The notes: a model not told the origin generated them from the sequence alone. DNA of 63,508 bases, filler included, from Folioceros fuciformis (GCA_049999805.1; 3 parts of 3 records of this genome joined end to end with filler, not necessarily neighbours in it); one strand, 5' to 3'; positions 39,628 to 50,792 are shown, numbered from the whole stretch's first letter. Translations and numbers: made by a program.

Positions 39628-39881
39628 GTGCGCAAATAGAGCGGCGCACTCAGCCTATGTGTGCGCCAGCCTATCGGCGCACCATTATGAATGGGTGTGT
39701 TGCACTTCCCCCAGACCCTATTTGGGTGTTCACCAGCTGATTAGTGCACTTCCTCAAGGAGTGCACCGGTCTACCGGCACACTGAAGCAATGAGTGCGTT
39801 GGTAGATCGGCGCACTGAAGCAATGAGTGCGCTGGTAGACCGGCGCACTCATTACGATTGTGCGCTGGCATACCAGCACAC
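39628..39881. repeat. Array of 22-bp palindromes (consensus GTGCGCCGGT-CT/AG-ACCGGCGCAC), ~33-bp period
   Basis: Copies at 39628, 39661, 39728 (degenerate), 39761, 39794, 39827, 39860; isolated copies at 36580 and 38039. Confidence 0.88.
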
Positions 39882-40699
39882 GTATGAGTAAATGGTTGAT
39901 ATTGAAAAAACCCCTCACATTTTCCAATTTTTAGTAATGCCGATTTCGGAAATTATCATCCCATCTAGCTACAGCCGATAGCGTCAAACCAACCGTGGAA
40001 CTGGATAGTACCAAAGAATTTTACTGCTGGCAACCCGCAATTTCGCCTAGTTTCTTCGTAAACATGATGAATACGAAGTGCATTGTGACCGTTGTTCAGT
40101 ATATTTCGGGGTCTTCCACACCAAATAGCATGAATCATGGATTTGTGCCACGAAAAACAACGGAGAAAATCATCCAAAGCCTGATTTGTCGAAATACGAC
40201 TGTTAGGCGCAAAACTTGTTTTATGTGTAGTTTGCTCCAATTCCATCCTTGAAGGGCAGTGCACCAACCTAGAAAACAACTTATTTTGATTACTTAATAC
40301 CTCTATAACCATCTTGATGTACTAAGCCACAGTCGAAGCTCTTACCCCATACATATTTGCAACAATGCTAAGGGCCAACCCCCTAGTAAGACAATGTAGA
40401 ACCATAGCAACTGCATGATGGTGTTCCAGTGGTTCTCTAATGGCTGGCCTAACCTAATAACATAAGATATAATCTCGCTAGCTTAGCCATACTGCTATAT
40501 AAGCATGTGGATAGGGTGTGGTCTAGCTTGTGGTCATGTTTCTTATGCAGGATATCCTCTAGGTTGTGGGCGTGTTCCTTGTGCAGATGGTCACTCACTA
40601 TGATGGAGTGTGTTCTTTCATGACATAAGTCTCCTCATGATAGAGTGTGGGTTAGTGTCTTTTGGTGTTGAGTTTAAAGGATTATTTTTTTTGGTATTT

Positions 40700-41123
40700 T
40701 TAACGTGGTTCAATATACCTTGTTGGTTATGGAGGTTTTAAGCAATCATGGGAAGTTGTTTTCCAAATTTATTTCTTGGCCTTCTAAAGTTTGCCAACAG
40801 GATATATCAGCAAGATTTATGCAAGTCACAGGTTTACTCAATATGGTTGGAGCTGTTGATGGGGTCACATATTAAACTAGCTCCACAACTAAATAAACAA
40901 GACAATCCTATGGCTTATTGGTGTCGCTGTCATATTTATTCTGTTGTTCTGCAAGGAATTTGTGATGCTGACAAGTTATACCTAGATGTTTCTTGCACAC
41001 ATCCTGGTGGAGTACATGACGCAACTATTTTGAGGGAGAGCAGTATATGGCGAAGGATGGTTTAAGGTCAAATTTTAATAGATCCATCCTTGGAGGTTTC
41101 TGGGTCAACAATCTCTCCTTATA
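40700..41123 (+). pseudogene. Second Harbinger transposase fragment
   Basis: VMEVLSNHGKLFSKFISWP..MVGAVDG(frameshift)SHIKL..YSVVLQGICDADKLYLDVSCTHPGGVHDATILRESSIW. Confidence 0.88.
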
Positions 41124-42530
41124 AATAGGGGTACCTCCAGGAGGGTAGTTGGAGTAGGAAGGAGAGTAGATAGCGAGCCTGGGGTTTGCACCACCGGCGT
41201 TGGCAAGCCAGGAGGGGGCACTTCAGGGGCAGGGACAGCCGCAGGAATCACATGTGCCGGCAGCACCGTAGGCCTCCTCCAGTAGAGGATATTCCAAAAG
41301 ATCACCAGCACCAGGGTATGGAGGGCTTATGGTGTGAGAGGGAAGAGCTCCCACTGGCACTGGGCTGCCATAGAAAGGAGATTCATCGAAGACCACATCT
41401 CTCGCCACAATGATCTTACGGGCTGCAAGATCATAAAGGCGATAAGCCTTCGATTCTATACTGTAGCCTACCAACACACAGGTGAGGGCCTTGGAATTGA
41501 GTTTGTGGCGCAAATCCTTGGGATTGTGTGCGTAGGCGTAGCAACCAAAGGTTCGTAGATGAGAGATAGAAGGCTTACGACCCGTCCAAGCCTCCTCTGG
41601 AGTGATGTTGGGGACAGCACTGGTTAGTACACGATTGTGCAAGTAGGCTGCTGTGGAGATGGCCTCCGCCCAAAGGGTATTGGGAAGGCCGGCTACCTTA
41701 AGCATTGTATGAGCGGCCTCCACAAGCGTGCGATTGAGGCGTTCAGTGACCCCATTTTGCTCAGGTGTATACGATACAGTAAGTTGTCTCTGAATATGAC
41801 CTTGAGCAATAGTCCTGGGATGCATGATTGCAATACTCTGTGCCATTGTCAATGCAAAGGAGGTGAATCTTTTGCCCATGTTGTGTTTCTACGTGGGTGC
41901 AATAGGACTTAAGAGCATCCAGGACATCACTCTTGTGGCGTAGAAAATAGACAATAACATGCCTAGTGTAGTCATCAATGAAGGTGAGAAGCCAGGTCTT
42001 GCCACCTGTAGATTGAGTTTGGAAAGGACCGCAAAGATCACTATGTATGAGCTCTAACACCTTGGTGGCCCTATGTGCTCTAGTTTTGGGAAACGGGCAG
42101 CGTTGATGCTTGCCATGCACGCAGCCTTCACAAAAACTAGGAGCATCACGAGAATTGACAGTGAGTCCAATAAGTGCCTGCTTTCCAAGCATGTCTTGCA
42201 GTTTGCTAGAACTCACATGGCCTAACCTTTGGTGCCACAAGTCAAGAGAGGTGAGGGGATTACTGACTATGACTTTTAATGTTGCAGGGGTGAAGCCCAA
42301 GTTCGAAGGGGAAGAACCGCCTGGAGCACCGCTAAGCACATAGAAGTCACCTTGTTTCTCACCTGTAAGAGCCAAATCACCTCGTGGATCTTGTATGGTG
42401 AAGTTAGTTCTATGCAACTGTAAATTGTAACCAGCATTTGTGATACGACCTACGGAGAGTAAATTTCGCTTCAACCCGGGAACATGCAGGACATCTATAA
42501 TAAGCCTCTCGGATCCATCATGGAAAGCAA
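41124..42530 (-). mobile_element. Ty1/copia internal fragment (GAG-pre-integrase + integrase), no LTRs seen
   Basis: VLHVPGLKRNLLSV; LWHQRLGH..CEGC; LELIHSDLCGP; FIDDYTR; YTPEQNGVTERLNRTL; RDVVFDE; frameshift near 41800. Confidence 0.92.
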
Positions 42531-42649
42531 TATAGTGTGTGTAACAAAAAACAATTCTACACAGCAAAAACATAGAATCATTTAGCTATTGCTCGTCCAC
42601 ATTTTGATGCCTACTTTGTTTGGAGAGTGCTCTCTTAAAACCCTGGCTA

Positions 42650-43703
42650 TGTGTTGTTGGTTATCCAATTGCATCCGTTATCTCTTCATATCATGCTCTA
42701 ATAGCAGTGTTTGAATCTTCACAGAGTTTTCCATTTTGGCAGCGTTGATTGCTAATAGGCACTAAGCAAAAGCTGCTAATCCAGCAACTATGTCCTTGCC
42801 CAATCCAGTAGAAGACCTCTGGCGCTTCACTTTTCTACATCGTACACTCTCTTGAGCTTGCCGGTCACTATCGTTGTTGCAAGGTGAGGATGCAAGCTCC
42901 GGTATTGCCCCATGGCCATGTGCTCCTACACTGTTCAACGAAAGAAAAGAAGACCACGTACAAGATTGCATGAGATTAGCAATCTCACTTACAACAAACT
43001 TTGTTGTAAGTGGTAGGTACACCAAATTTGCAGCCACCTAAAGTTAGACACAATAAGAATTAGCATACACATAAGATTGTGGAGAGCACATGTGCTTGGA
43101 GGCATGACAACATGGCAAGCACCTCAGTCAAGCATAAAATCTTCGCATTGTACAGAAGCTTTGTTACCTAGAGCCAAGAATCAGTAGTGGAGGTGGACTG
43201 TTTGCACCCACACCATCCACAGGTGTGCCATCTAGTGTCGTGTTTGCATCATGCTCCATCTTGGGCTTGGTTTGTGAAGTCCAGTCAAAGGTGGCTTTAC
43301 CTAGATCCTATGCGCTTGGAATTCCAGCGAACTTTGGATTGCTCTCACAAAGGGCAGCTATCGCCTTGTAGTGCACCCAAGTAGTGTTCACTTGGCCTGA
43401 GCTTGTCTTGGACTCCTTCTCCTTGTTGTATTTTTTCTTCAAATTCTCCAAATTTTGCTTATACTTTTTTGCCGTCAAGCCAGCAATCTTGCAAGAGCTA
43501 CTCACATCTTTAGAGATTTATGTCCAATGTCTAGTTGCCAGGTTGCTGCGCTTGAGGTGAACCACTTGCATCTCGATATACGCCTCGATTAAAGTCGCAG
43601 TTACTTCTTCGGTCCAAGTGATGACCTCCGAACATTTTCTTGCAGCATCTGCATATTCCCTAACACAACTGAGCAACACATCATCATGTGAATCTCGCTC
43701 CAT
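42650..43703 (-). pseudogene. Harbinger Myb/SANT (trihelix) gene remnant
   Basis: TWTEEVTATLIEAY..LKRSNLATRHWT*..ENLKKKYNKEKE..TTWVHYKAIAALCESNPKFAGIP; C-terminus RRSST.LGKDI..L..FA matches the 34-35 kb copy. Confidence 0.8.
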
Positions 43704-44199
43704 ATTTTTTGACTCTTGAGTAAGCGACTCTTGAGTACTTGTATTGGTGAAGATATACACACTTTCCTTATTGTTTAGCGAGAGCATCGAACACCAAGGC
43801 AAGGCAACGTACTACCTTGTTCGCATCACCCACAGCAATTCGGGCGGGCTAGGTAATGACGAGATTACCAGGACTTATGGATTGCAAAGGGGCCAGGCTC
43901 TACAGCCCTACAAATAAAGGGTCTTTTTTGGGCTCGAAATAAGGTATTCCTTCCCCTTCTTTTCGGAGTGAACTGCGAACAATGCCGTTCACTTTGTTGC
44001 CTTTGATGTGAAAGGCCCTTGAGGCCACAGTTTTGCTCACGGCGCCTTTTGCTCCGAATGGCACTGTGACCCTGAGGGCTACTTTCCATGTAGCCCGTAA
44101 AATACGGGCTGCATGGAGCAAGTTGCAAAACTCCACTAGGTTTGTTAGCCTTCCATGGGCATATGACTTTCTCAACTTTCCGTTTTTCACGCAAATGTG

Positions 44200-44590
44200 A
44201 CCTTACTGCGACCCACATTGAATGATCTTGCTGCAACCTGCTATGACCAAAAACGTGAGTGAGCTTGCTGCGACCCAAATTGTGAGTGATGGTCTTGCTG
44301 CAACCTGCTATGACCCAAAACGTGAGTGAGCCTACTGCGACCGAGATCGTGAGTGAGGTTGCTGTGACCCAAATCGTGAGTGAGCTTGCTGTGACCCAAA
44401 TCTGTGAGTGACCTTGCTGTGACCCAAATCGTGAGTGACCTTGCTACGACCCAAAACGTAAGCTTGTTGTGTGCGTGCTGGTATCCAAAACATCAAGAAG
44501 TAAATTTGCTCTCTCCAGGCTTGCACGCTCTTCTTCAGGCTTGCACGCTCTTCTTCAGGCTTGCACACTCTTCTCCAGGCCTGCACGTTC
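44200..44590. repeat. ~27-bp and 20-bp tandem repeats
   Basis: GTGAGTGAGCTTGCTGCGACCCAAATC about 8 times; TTGCACGCTCTTCTTCAGGC about 4 times. Confidence 0.9.
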
Positions 44591-46074
44591 TTTGCCAAGC
44601 TGCGAGGAGTGCAAGATGGCTCCAAAAAAAGCGCCAAAAATCTACCGGTAAAGGCCCGTTCCCTTGCCACGGAGGTGTCCAGTTCCGGTCGAAAACACCG
44701 AAAGTTTCGCTAGAGGTGGGTTTTCACGCTCATTACGGGAGTTTGCAGCAACTTCCCCTCTTTGCGGAACATTTTTGGCGTTATGCATAGCTTTTTGGCA
44801 ATGCCAGAAATTGAAACATTCCGAAACAACCTCATGGAAAGCAGCCTTGAGTTTCCTGCAGTTTCCCTAAAATACAATAAGCCAAAACGAACTGCGTAGT
44901 GATGGGCCGCTTGACGCATGCATTGTGAAAGGTGCTTCAGCCCTCCTCTCTATCTACAGCCCTCCTCTCTGTCTAGCCTCCCCTTTGTCCTGGTTTGGTA
45001 TGCCATACTGGTGAAAAAATTCTGGGTATTCTTTTTCCCTCTAATTCACTCCATCACAATTCCATGACCAAGATTTTTTCTCAGAAAATATACTTGCCAT
45101 TCAATATTTTATCAAATGCCGAGTTCTAAAAAAACATTTGTCCAATAATAGGTCTGCAAAGTTGAAGTTTGAAACTAGATCTACGAGGCAAAGAGTATTC
45201 CCTCCAAACAACCTTGTTGCATTACTCCTATAGGACACCTAGCAATGCAATAGGACAATTTGCAACAGCCGGGCTCCTTATGGCTCTTCTTGACAAAGGA
45301 TGGAACCAAGAGCGTTTGATTAGTGATTGGGAACTCAAGGCAGCGATGGGATCTTCAAACCTGCTTGACTTGAGCCGACTTCAGCGTGGATTTATTGGGC
45401 ACGGAGAAAGGGTTCAAGGTCTCGTGCTGTAAAAGTCTGCAAGTATTTCTCAACGCGAGGCATATCAAAAAGTACTAGATAAAAAATGATGTAAAAAATC
45501 TCGCGCACCTTCACAGGTTGACAAGATTTGTGTTTGTGGGCCATATAGCTCAGTAGGTAGAGCTCCGACTTTGAAAAGTATACTCAATGGGTAGAAAGAT
45601 ACGATTTGGAGTAGGTTCTGCAGCTTGGTTATGGATATGGTTCCTGTTGCAGCTGGTAAGGATCCAGATGGAAGGTCTTTCTGGAGGTTGCCTCCTGGAA
45701 AATGGTTGGATCTTGGAGATACATACCTCGGGTGTTTTCAGTCTCTCAATGTACACAGGCCTTATCTCTTCGTTCTTGAGGATGCACCCTCGAGCATGAT
45801 ATCCGGAACAACTATCTTCCTCTACCCTACCCATAAGAAAGTATGCACATGGATGAGTAGAGGCGAGGTCAGTGTTTGGGGATCCTTACCAGACGTACAA
45901 CGTGGGTCCCCGTTCGGATTCATCGCTGTTCCAATCACCATGTATCTCAACCCGTGCCAGTCCAGATGCAACTTGCTTGGATTTGAGTCCACCAAACTCT
46001 GGACTGGACCTGCCCTTGCACTCTCCGAAATGGAACTGAACCGGTGTCTCAGCTCAAGACCGACTCACACTCAT

Positions 46075-49000
46075 TTAACTCAATGCATGTTTAGTACTGC
46101 CCACCACAAAACTGTGCACTTGGCCATCCACGTCTGTCCACCAACTCTGACCCGGCTGCTTCCATGCCCTGAGTGCTGTCCTGCTCGTCTGCATCTTCTG
46201 TGCTTGCTCCCACATCTGGGCATTTGCGTATATGTTCAACATCAGCACATGCGCTGCGGAATCTGTCTCGTCTAGCTTCACTGCTTGGTCAAGAGCACGG
46301 CGTCCCACATCAACGTTGCTCCACTTCTGACAAGCACCTAACAAAGTGCGCCAGACTGCAGCCTCAGGCCGCACAGGCATCGTATTTACCAGATCGATGG
46401 CCTCATCCAGTTGGCCTGCACGTCCCAGGAGGTCCACCAGGCATGCATAATGCTCGACAGTGGGGACGATGCCATAGTCTTTGCTCATAGCGTCGAAGTA
46501 CTCCTGCCCTTTGCTTACGAGACCTCTATGACTACATACCGTTAGTACACAAAGGGAAGTGATGGCATCTGGCCGTATTCCCTCCCTTTTCATCCTGAGA
46601 ATCAGGTGGAAGACCTCTTGACTGTCTCCTTGCCGGCTATATCCAGCAACCAGTGCATTCCAGACAACAATGGTTCGTTCCGGCAATTCCTCAAAGACTT
46701 GTTGTGCATCAACCATGCTCCCAGAATGTCCGTACATGTCGATCAAACTGCAGGCCACAAACGCATCAGATTGAAGTCCTTGTTCCTCAATCTGTGCATG
46801 AAGCTGCCTTCCCAGATGCAGGGCACCCACGTTTGCACAAGCCTCGAGGAGGCACACAAATGTCATGGAATCTGGTACAGCAATGCCTTCATCTTGCATA
46901 GCACGGTAGATAGAAAGGGAATTCTGGGCCATACTATGGTGGGAATACCCTGCGATTAGAGCCGTCCACGTGACCACATCTTTCTGGCCGAGTCCATGAA
47001 ACACCCTCGCAGCTTCCTCCATGCTCCCACACTTTGCATACATGTTGACCAAACTGTTAGCTACAAATGTATCTGCTTGATGTCCTTGTTCAATTATTTT
47101 CTCATGAAGTTGCCTCCCTCTCTCTACAGCCGGGGTGCCTATACTGGCACAAGCCTGGAGGAGACACACAAATGTCACCGAATTCGGTACGGCAATACCC
47201 TCTTCTAGCATGGAATCGTAGAGATGAAGGGCTTCCTGGCCCAAGCCCTGCTGGGAAAACCCGGCTATCATGGAAGTCCAGGTCACCACATCTTTCTGAC
47301 CAAGTCCGTCAAACACACTCTGAGAGTCTTTCAAGCTGCCACACTTGGCATACATGTTGACCAAGTTGTTGGCGACAATGACGTCAGCTTCGTGTCCTCC
47401 TCCTCTAATTTGTGCATGGAGCTGCTTCCCCACCTCCAATGCAGCGGGGCCCAGACTTGCACACGCCTGGAGGAGCCACAGAAATGTAAGAGAATTGGGC
47501 ACAGCCGTGCCTTCTTCTTCCATAACCCTGTAGAGACGAAGGGCTTCTTGCTCCAGACCTTGCTGAGAATATGCTGCTATCATTGCATTCCATGTCCCCA
47601 CATCGTTTTGAATGAGTCCATCAAACAAGCTTCGAGCATCGCCAATGCTGCCACACTTTGCATACATGGTCACCAAACTGCTGGCTATGCCCACATCATC
47701 CTGGAGTCCTTGTTCACTAATTTTCGTATGAAGCTGCATGCCCATTCCCAATGCCGGACTACCTACACTTGCACATGCCTGCAGGAGGTACATAAACGTT
47801 CTGGAATCGGATTCTGCAATGCCTTCTTCTTGCATGCGCCTGAAGAGGCAAAGGGCTTCATGGCCCATGCCCTGCTGAGAGTACCCTGCTATCATGACAT
47901 TCCAAGTGACCACATCCTTCTCCACAAGTCTGTCAAACACTCTCCGGGCGTCTACCAAGCTGCCACACTTTGCGTACATGTTCACCAAACTAGTGGATAT
48001 ATAGACATCTTCTTGGTGTCCTTGTTCTCTAATTTTTGTGTGAAGCTGCTTCCCCTTCTCCAAAGCTGGGGTGCCTAAACTCGCACATGCCTGCAGAAGG
48101 CACAAAAAAGTCACGGAGTTGGGTACAGCCATGCCGTCATCTTGCATAGCACCGTAGAGATGAAGAGCTTCCTGCTCCATTCCCTGCATGGAATACTGTC
48201 CTATCATGCAATTCCACGACACCACATCTTTCTGAACGAACCCGTCAAATACTCTTTGAGCATCCTCCAAGCTGCCACACTTCGCATACATCTGCAATAA
48301 ACTGCTAGCTACAAACGCATCACCTTGATATCCTAGTTCTCTAATTTGTGTATGAAGCTGCTTCCCTGTCTCCAATGCTGGAGTGCCCAAGCCTGCACAT
48401 GCTTGCAGGAGGCACACAAATGTTACAGAATTGGGAACAGCTATGCCTTCCTCTTGCATAGCACAGTATTGCCGAAGGGCTTCCTGACCCATGCCCTGCT
48501 GGGAATATCCTGCAATGAGAGCCGTCCATGTGACCTCATCTTTCGTACTAAGGCCTTCAAAAACTCTCCGAGCGTCCTCTAGACTGCCACACTTGGCATA
48601 CATGTTAACCAAACTGTTGGCTACAAACACATCATCTTCATGTCCTAGCTCCCTAATTTGAGCATGAAGCTGCTTCCCTTTCTCCAGAGCTAGGGCGCCG
48701 ACACCTGCACAGGCCTGTAGCAGGCACACAAATGTCACGAAGTCGGGAGCGACATTCCCTTCGTTCTGCATCCTGCTGTAGAGACAAAGGGCTTCATGGC
48801 CCAAGCCCTGCTGACAATACCCTCCTATCATGGCGTTCCATGTCACCACATCTTTGCTGCCAAGTCCATCAAAGACCATTTGCGCATCCTCTAGACTTCC
48901 ACACTTTGCATACATGTCCACCAAGCTATTCCAGACAAACAAGTGAGGCTCAAGCCCACTGGCCAACACATCTGCATGCACCTCTTTCCCTGTTTTCAAG

Positions 49001-49863
49001 TCTGATCCCCTTCCACAAGCCTGAAGGGCTGCTACAAATGTATGACCATCTGGCTCCACGCTTGACCTGCGCAACTTATGGTACAGTAGTATGGCCTCCT
49101 TGTCTTCCCCGTGTTTGCAATACGCAGAAATTATGGAACTCCACATGAAGGCATCGGGTTGGGCAACCAGAGTGAACACATCCATCGCGTCTTGCAACCT
49201 GCCATGAGCAGCGTACATTCGTAGAATATGGTTGCACAGGAACGTGTCCGACTGGTATCCCTTTTTCACTGTGAAAGCATGGACTCGGCGACCCAAAACA
49301 AGATCTCTTTTGCCCATACAAATCTTCAGCACAGAATAGAATACAGACTTGGAAATACACGACTCCGTCTGCACCAGAAACCCCAAACCCTCAACAGCCT
49401 CAGCCAGATGGCCCTGATCACATAGCCTAGTCACGGTCTCAGTTGTTGCACCCTTTTCCCACAGATCACCCGGCAAGGTCCTGGTGGATTTGGTGGCTCG
49501 ATAATTCCTCCCAATACCCATATCCAGAACAGCAAGCTCCGCATCCGTGCAAGCTGGTCCGTGTGAATCGTGGGAGAGGGAGAACCTGAGGTCAGACCAA
49601 CGCTTGAACCTCCTCCTTCGCCAGCATTCCCACCAAATTGTGTGGTCTTGATGACACTGGGTCTGCGGGCGCAAAAGCAACAAGCCATGTTCCCGACAGA
49701 AATGACCGTCTCCAGGAACGTATCCTCGTGCACACGAAGGATCTTTTGAAACCCTTGCGCAACTGATAATTTCGTTGTTTCCGAAGACTTGATTTTCAAT
49801 TGCAACCATCCAGACACCCATGATTAGCCTCAGGAGAACGAATGGGCAGGATGGAAAACGCAT
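46075..49863 (-). CDS. Intronless PLS-class PPR protein with E1/E2 and truncated DYW:WW-type start (organellar RNA-editing factor type)
   Basis: About 9 P-L-S triplets (MYAKCGSLEDA..DVVTW..); HYACLVDLLGRAG; VWRTLLGAC; ends WKQPGQSWWTDVDGQVHSFVVG..* with no HxE/CxxC. Confidence 0.95.
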   Translation of the reverse strand: MRFPSCPFVLLRLIMGVWMVAIENQVFGNNEIISCARVSKDPSCARGYVPGDGHFCREHGLLLLRPQTQCHQDHTIWWECWRRRRFKRWSDLRFSLSHDSHGPACTDAELAVLDMGIGRNYRATKSTRTLPGDLWEKGATTETVTRLCDQGHLAEAVEGLGFLVQTESCISKSVFYSVLKICMGKRDLVLGRRVHAFTVKKGYQSDTFLCNHILRMYAAHGRLQDAMDVFTLVAQPDAFMWSSIISAYCKHGEDKEAILLYHKLRRSSVEPDGHTFVAALQACGRGSDLKTGKEVHADVLASGLEPHLFVWNSLVDMYAKCGSLEDAQMVFDGLGSKDVVTWNAMIGGYCQQGLGHEALCLYSRMQNEGNVAPDFVTFVCLLQACAGVGALALEKGKQLHAQIRELGHEDDVFVANSLVNMYAKCGSLEDARRVFEGLSTKDEVTWTALIAGYSQQGMGQEALRQYCAMQEEGIAVPNSVTFVCLLQACAGLGTPALETGKQLHTQIRELGYQGDAFVASSLLQMYAKCGSLEDAQRVFDGFVQKDVVSWNCMIGQYSMQGMEQEALHLYGAMQDDGMAVPNSVTFLCLLQACASLGTPALEKGKQLHTKIREQGHQEDVYISTSLVNMYAKCGSLVDARRVFDRLVEKDVVTWNVMIAGYSQQGMGHEALCLFRRMQEEGIAESDSRTFMYLLQACASVGSPALGMGMQLHTKISEQGLQDDVGIASSLVTMYAKCGSIGDARSLFDGLIQNDVGTWNAMIAAYSQQGLEQEALRLYRVMEEEGTAVPNSLTFLWLLQACASLGPAALEVGKQLHAQIRGGGHEADVIVANNLVNMYAKCGSLKDSQSVFDGLGQKDVVTWTSMIAGFSQQGLGQEALHLYDSMLEEGIAVPNSVTFVCLLQACASIGTPAVERGRQLHEKIIEQGHQADTFVANSLVNMYAKCGSMEEAARVFHGLGQKDVVTWTALIAGYSHHSMAQNSLSIYRAMQDEGIAVPDSMTFVCLLEACANVGALHLGRQLHAQIEEQGLQSDAFVACSLIDMYGHSGSMVDAQQVFEELPERTIVVWNALVAGYSRQGDSQEVFHLILRMKREGIRPDAITSLCVLTVCSHRGLVSKGQEYFDAMSKDYGIVPTVEHYACLVDLLGRAGQLDEAIDLVNTMPVRPEAAVWRTLLGACQKWSNVDVGRRALDQAVKLDETDSAAHVLMLNIYANAQMWEQAQKMQTSRTALRAWKQPGQSWWTDVDGQVHSFVVGSTKHALS

Positions 49864-50792
49864 CTACCTGTAGCTGATCCACGTCCATGACTCACAAGCA
49901 TTTACTGGAATACCTAGGGAATGTCACAAACATATTCGACAAGTGATTAGCAGGCTTCATGATCCCCAAACACCACCACGCTTGAACATGGCTTAAGAAG
50001 ACGTGTGTTTCACACCCAGTTTAGACTACGTTTACAATGGACATGCTTCGGCAGTGCCCACTACAGTAGCATCATAAAAAGACATCCCTGCCCCGGCCCT
50101 GCACCAGATCAGGAGGGATGGTGACCATGGGACCAAGATATGATATTGTACCTGCAGGGCAAACTTGAACAGTGCAGTCTAATTCCAGTGCGCACGAAAG
50201 GAATCACGACGGAAGGAGGAACACTTTACAGCGGCTAAAGGAGCCCCTCATTCCACGTGGCGTGTGAGGCATGCTTCATGGAGGAAGAAGAAAGCCATGT
50301 GGAAGCAAACGGGTGCAGCCGGCTCGCCTTTAGGACCCTCCGTCTGTAGAGACCCAAATGAAACTTATGTCCAGCAGTTTCGGTCTCTGGACACACACTG
50401 AGAACAGTGTGCTCATTGTATTGATCGAGCATCATCCAAGCGGAGCCTCAACAATTGCCAGCGGGAAAGGGACCACCCAATCTTAGTACCCACGTTGTTT
50501 TCTTGTGTGTCTGTAGTTTAGTTAAGCGTTGGGAGAAGCAGCGAAGGTCGATTGCAGAGGGCGTCGCTGGACTGTTACATTGCTGCAGCGCACGTCGCCT
50601 AGGCCTGTAGTTCGTAGCGGTCTCCGTGAACTCATTGCTCCTCCTTTCCAGCAGATTCTTGACAATTTCAATGGATTTAATGATCCATGTGGAAAATTCC
50701 ACGAATTCTGATCCGTAGCTTGGTTCTAGAGCCAATTTTTCGTGGCAGAAACCGTAGGCTGCTGCCTGTTTGCAGTAACGCAGGGCTGGATC

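Larger units (their letters stand above)
36343..40220. mobile_element. 3,878-bp TIR DNA transposon (Sola-like) carrying a DNA amino-methyltransferase remnant
   Basis: TIRs AACATGTTTTGTGCCTAACAGTCGT (36343-36367) and the reverse complement of 40196-40220, AACAAGTTTTGCGCCTAACAGTCGT (23/25); TTAT on both flanks (36339-36342, 40221-40224). Confidence 0.92.
35633..40450 (-). pseudogene. PIF/Harbinger (HARBI1-like) DDE transposase, split by the insertion at 36343-40220
   Basis: N-part REPLEHHHAVAMVLHCLTRG..VANMYGVRASTV..CPSRMELEQTT joins in frame to HKFLQLTCLSNIIGAIDGSHIKL; later YILGDSAYP, VENAFALLKN, IACCALHNFC. Confidence 0.9.
33512..45006. mobile_element. Nested PIF/Harbinger-derived block: two Myb+transposase units in mirror orientation, with nested insertions
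   Basis: Myb(+) / Tpase(-) ... Tpase(+) / Myb(-), bounded by inverted ATGGCATACCAAA..TTTGGTATGCCAT. Confidence 0.6.

Noticed and set aside
39628-39881. CRISPR array (palindromic repeats with variable spacers)
   Set aside because: Spacers are only 11 bp and two are identical, repeats flip orientation, there are no cas genes, and the array lies inside a eukaryotic transposon.
41124-42530. Intact copia insertion with TSD in the second Harbinger
   Set aside because: No LTRs at either junction and the flanking transposase does not resume; more likely a deletion product.
45169-46275. ORFs 45169-45432 and 45625-46275 as a gene
   Set aside because: Somewhat protein-like but no recognisable family; interrupted and partly antisense to the PPR end.
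46173-49425. Many plus-strand ORFs over the PPR gene (similarly antisense ORFs over VAPYRIN, LysM and gag)
   Set aside because: Shadow frames of GC-rich, repetitive coding sequence with no recognisable motifs.
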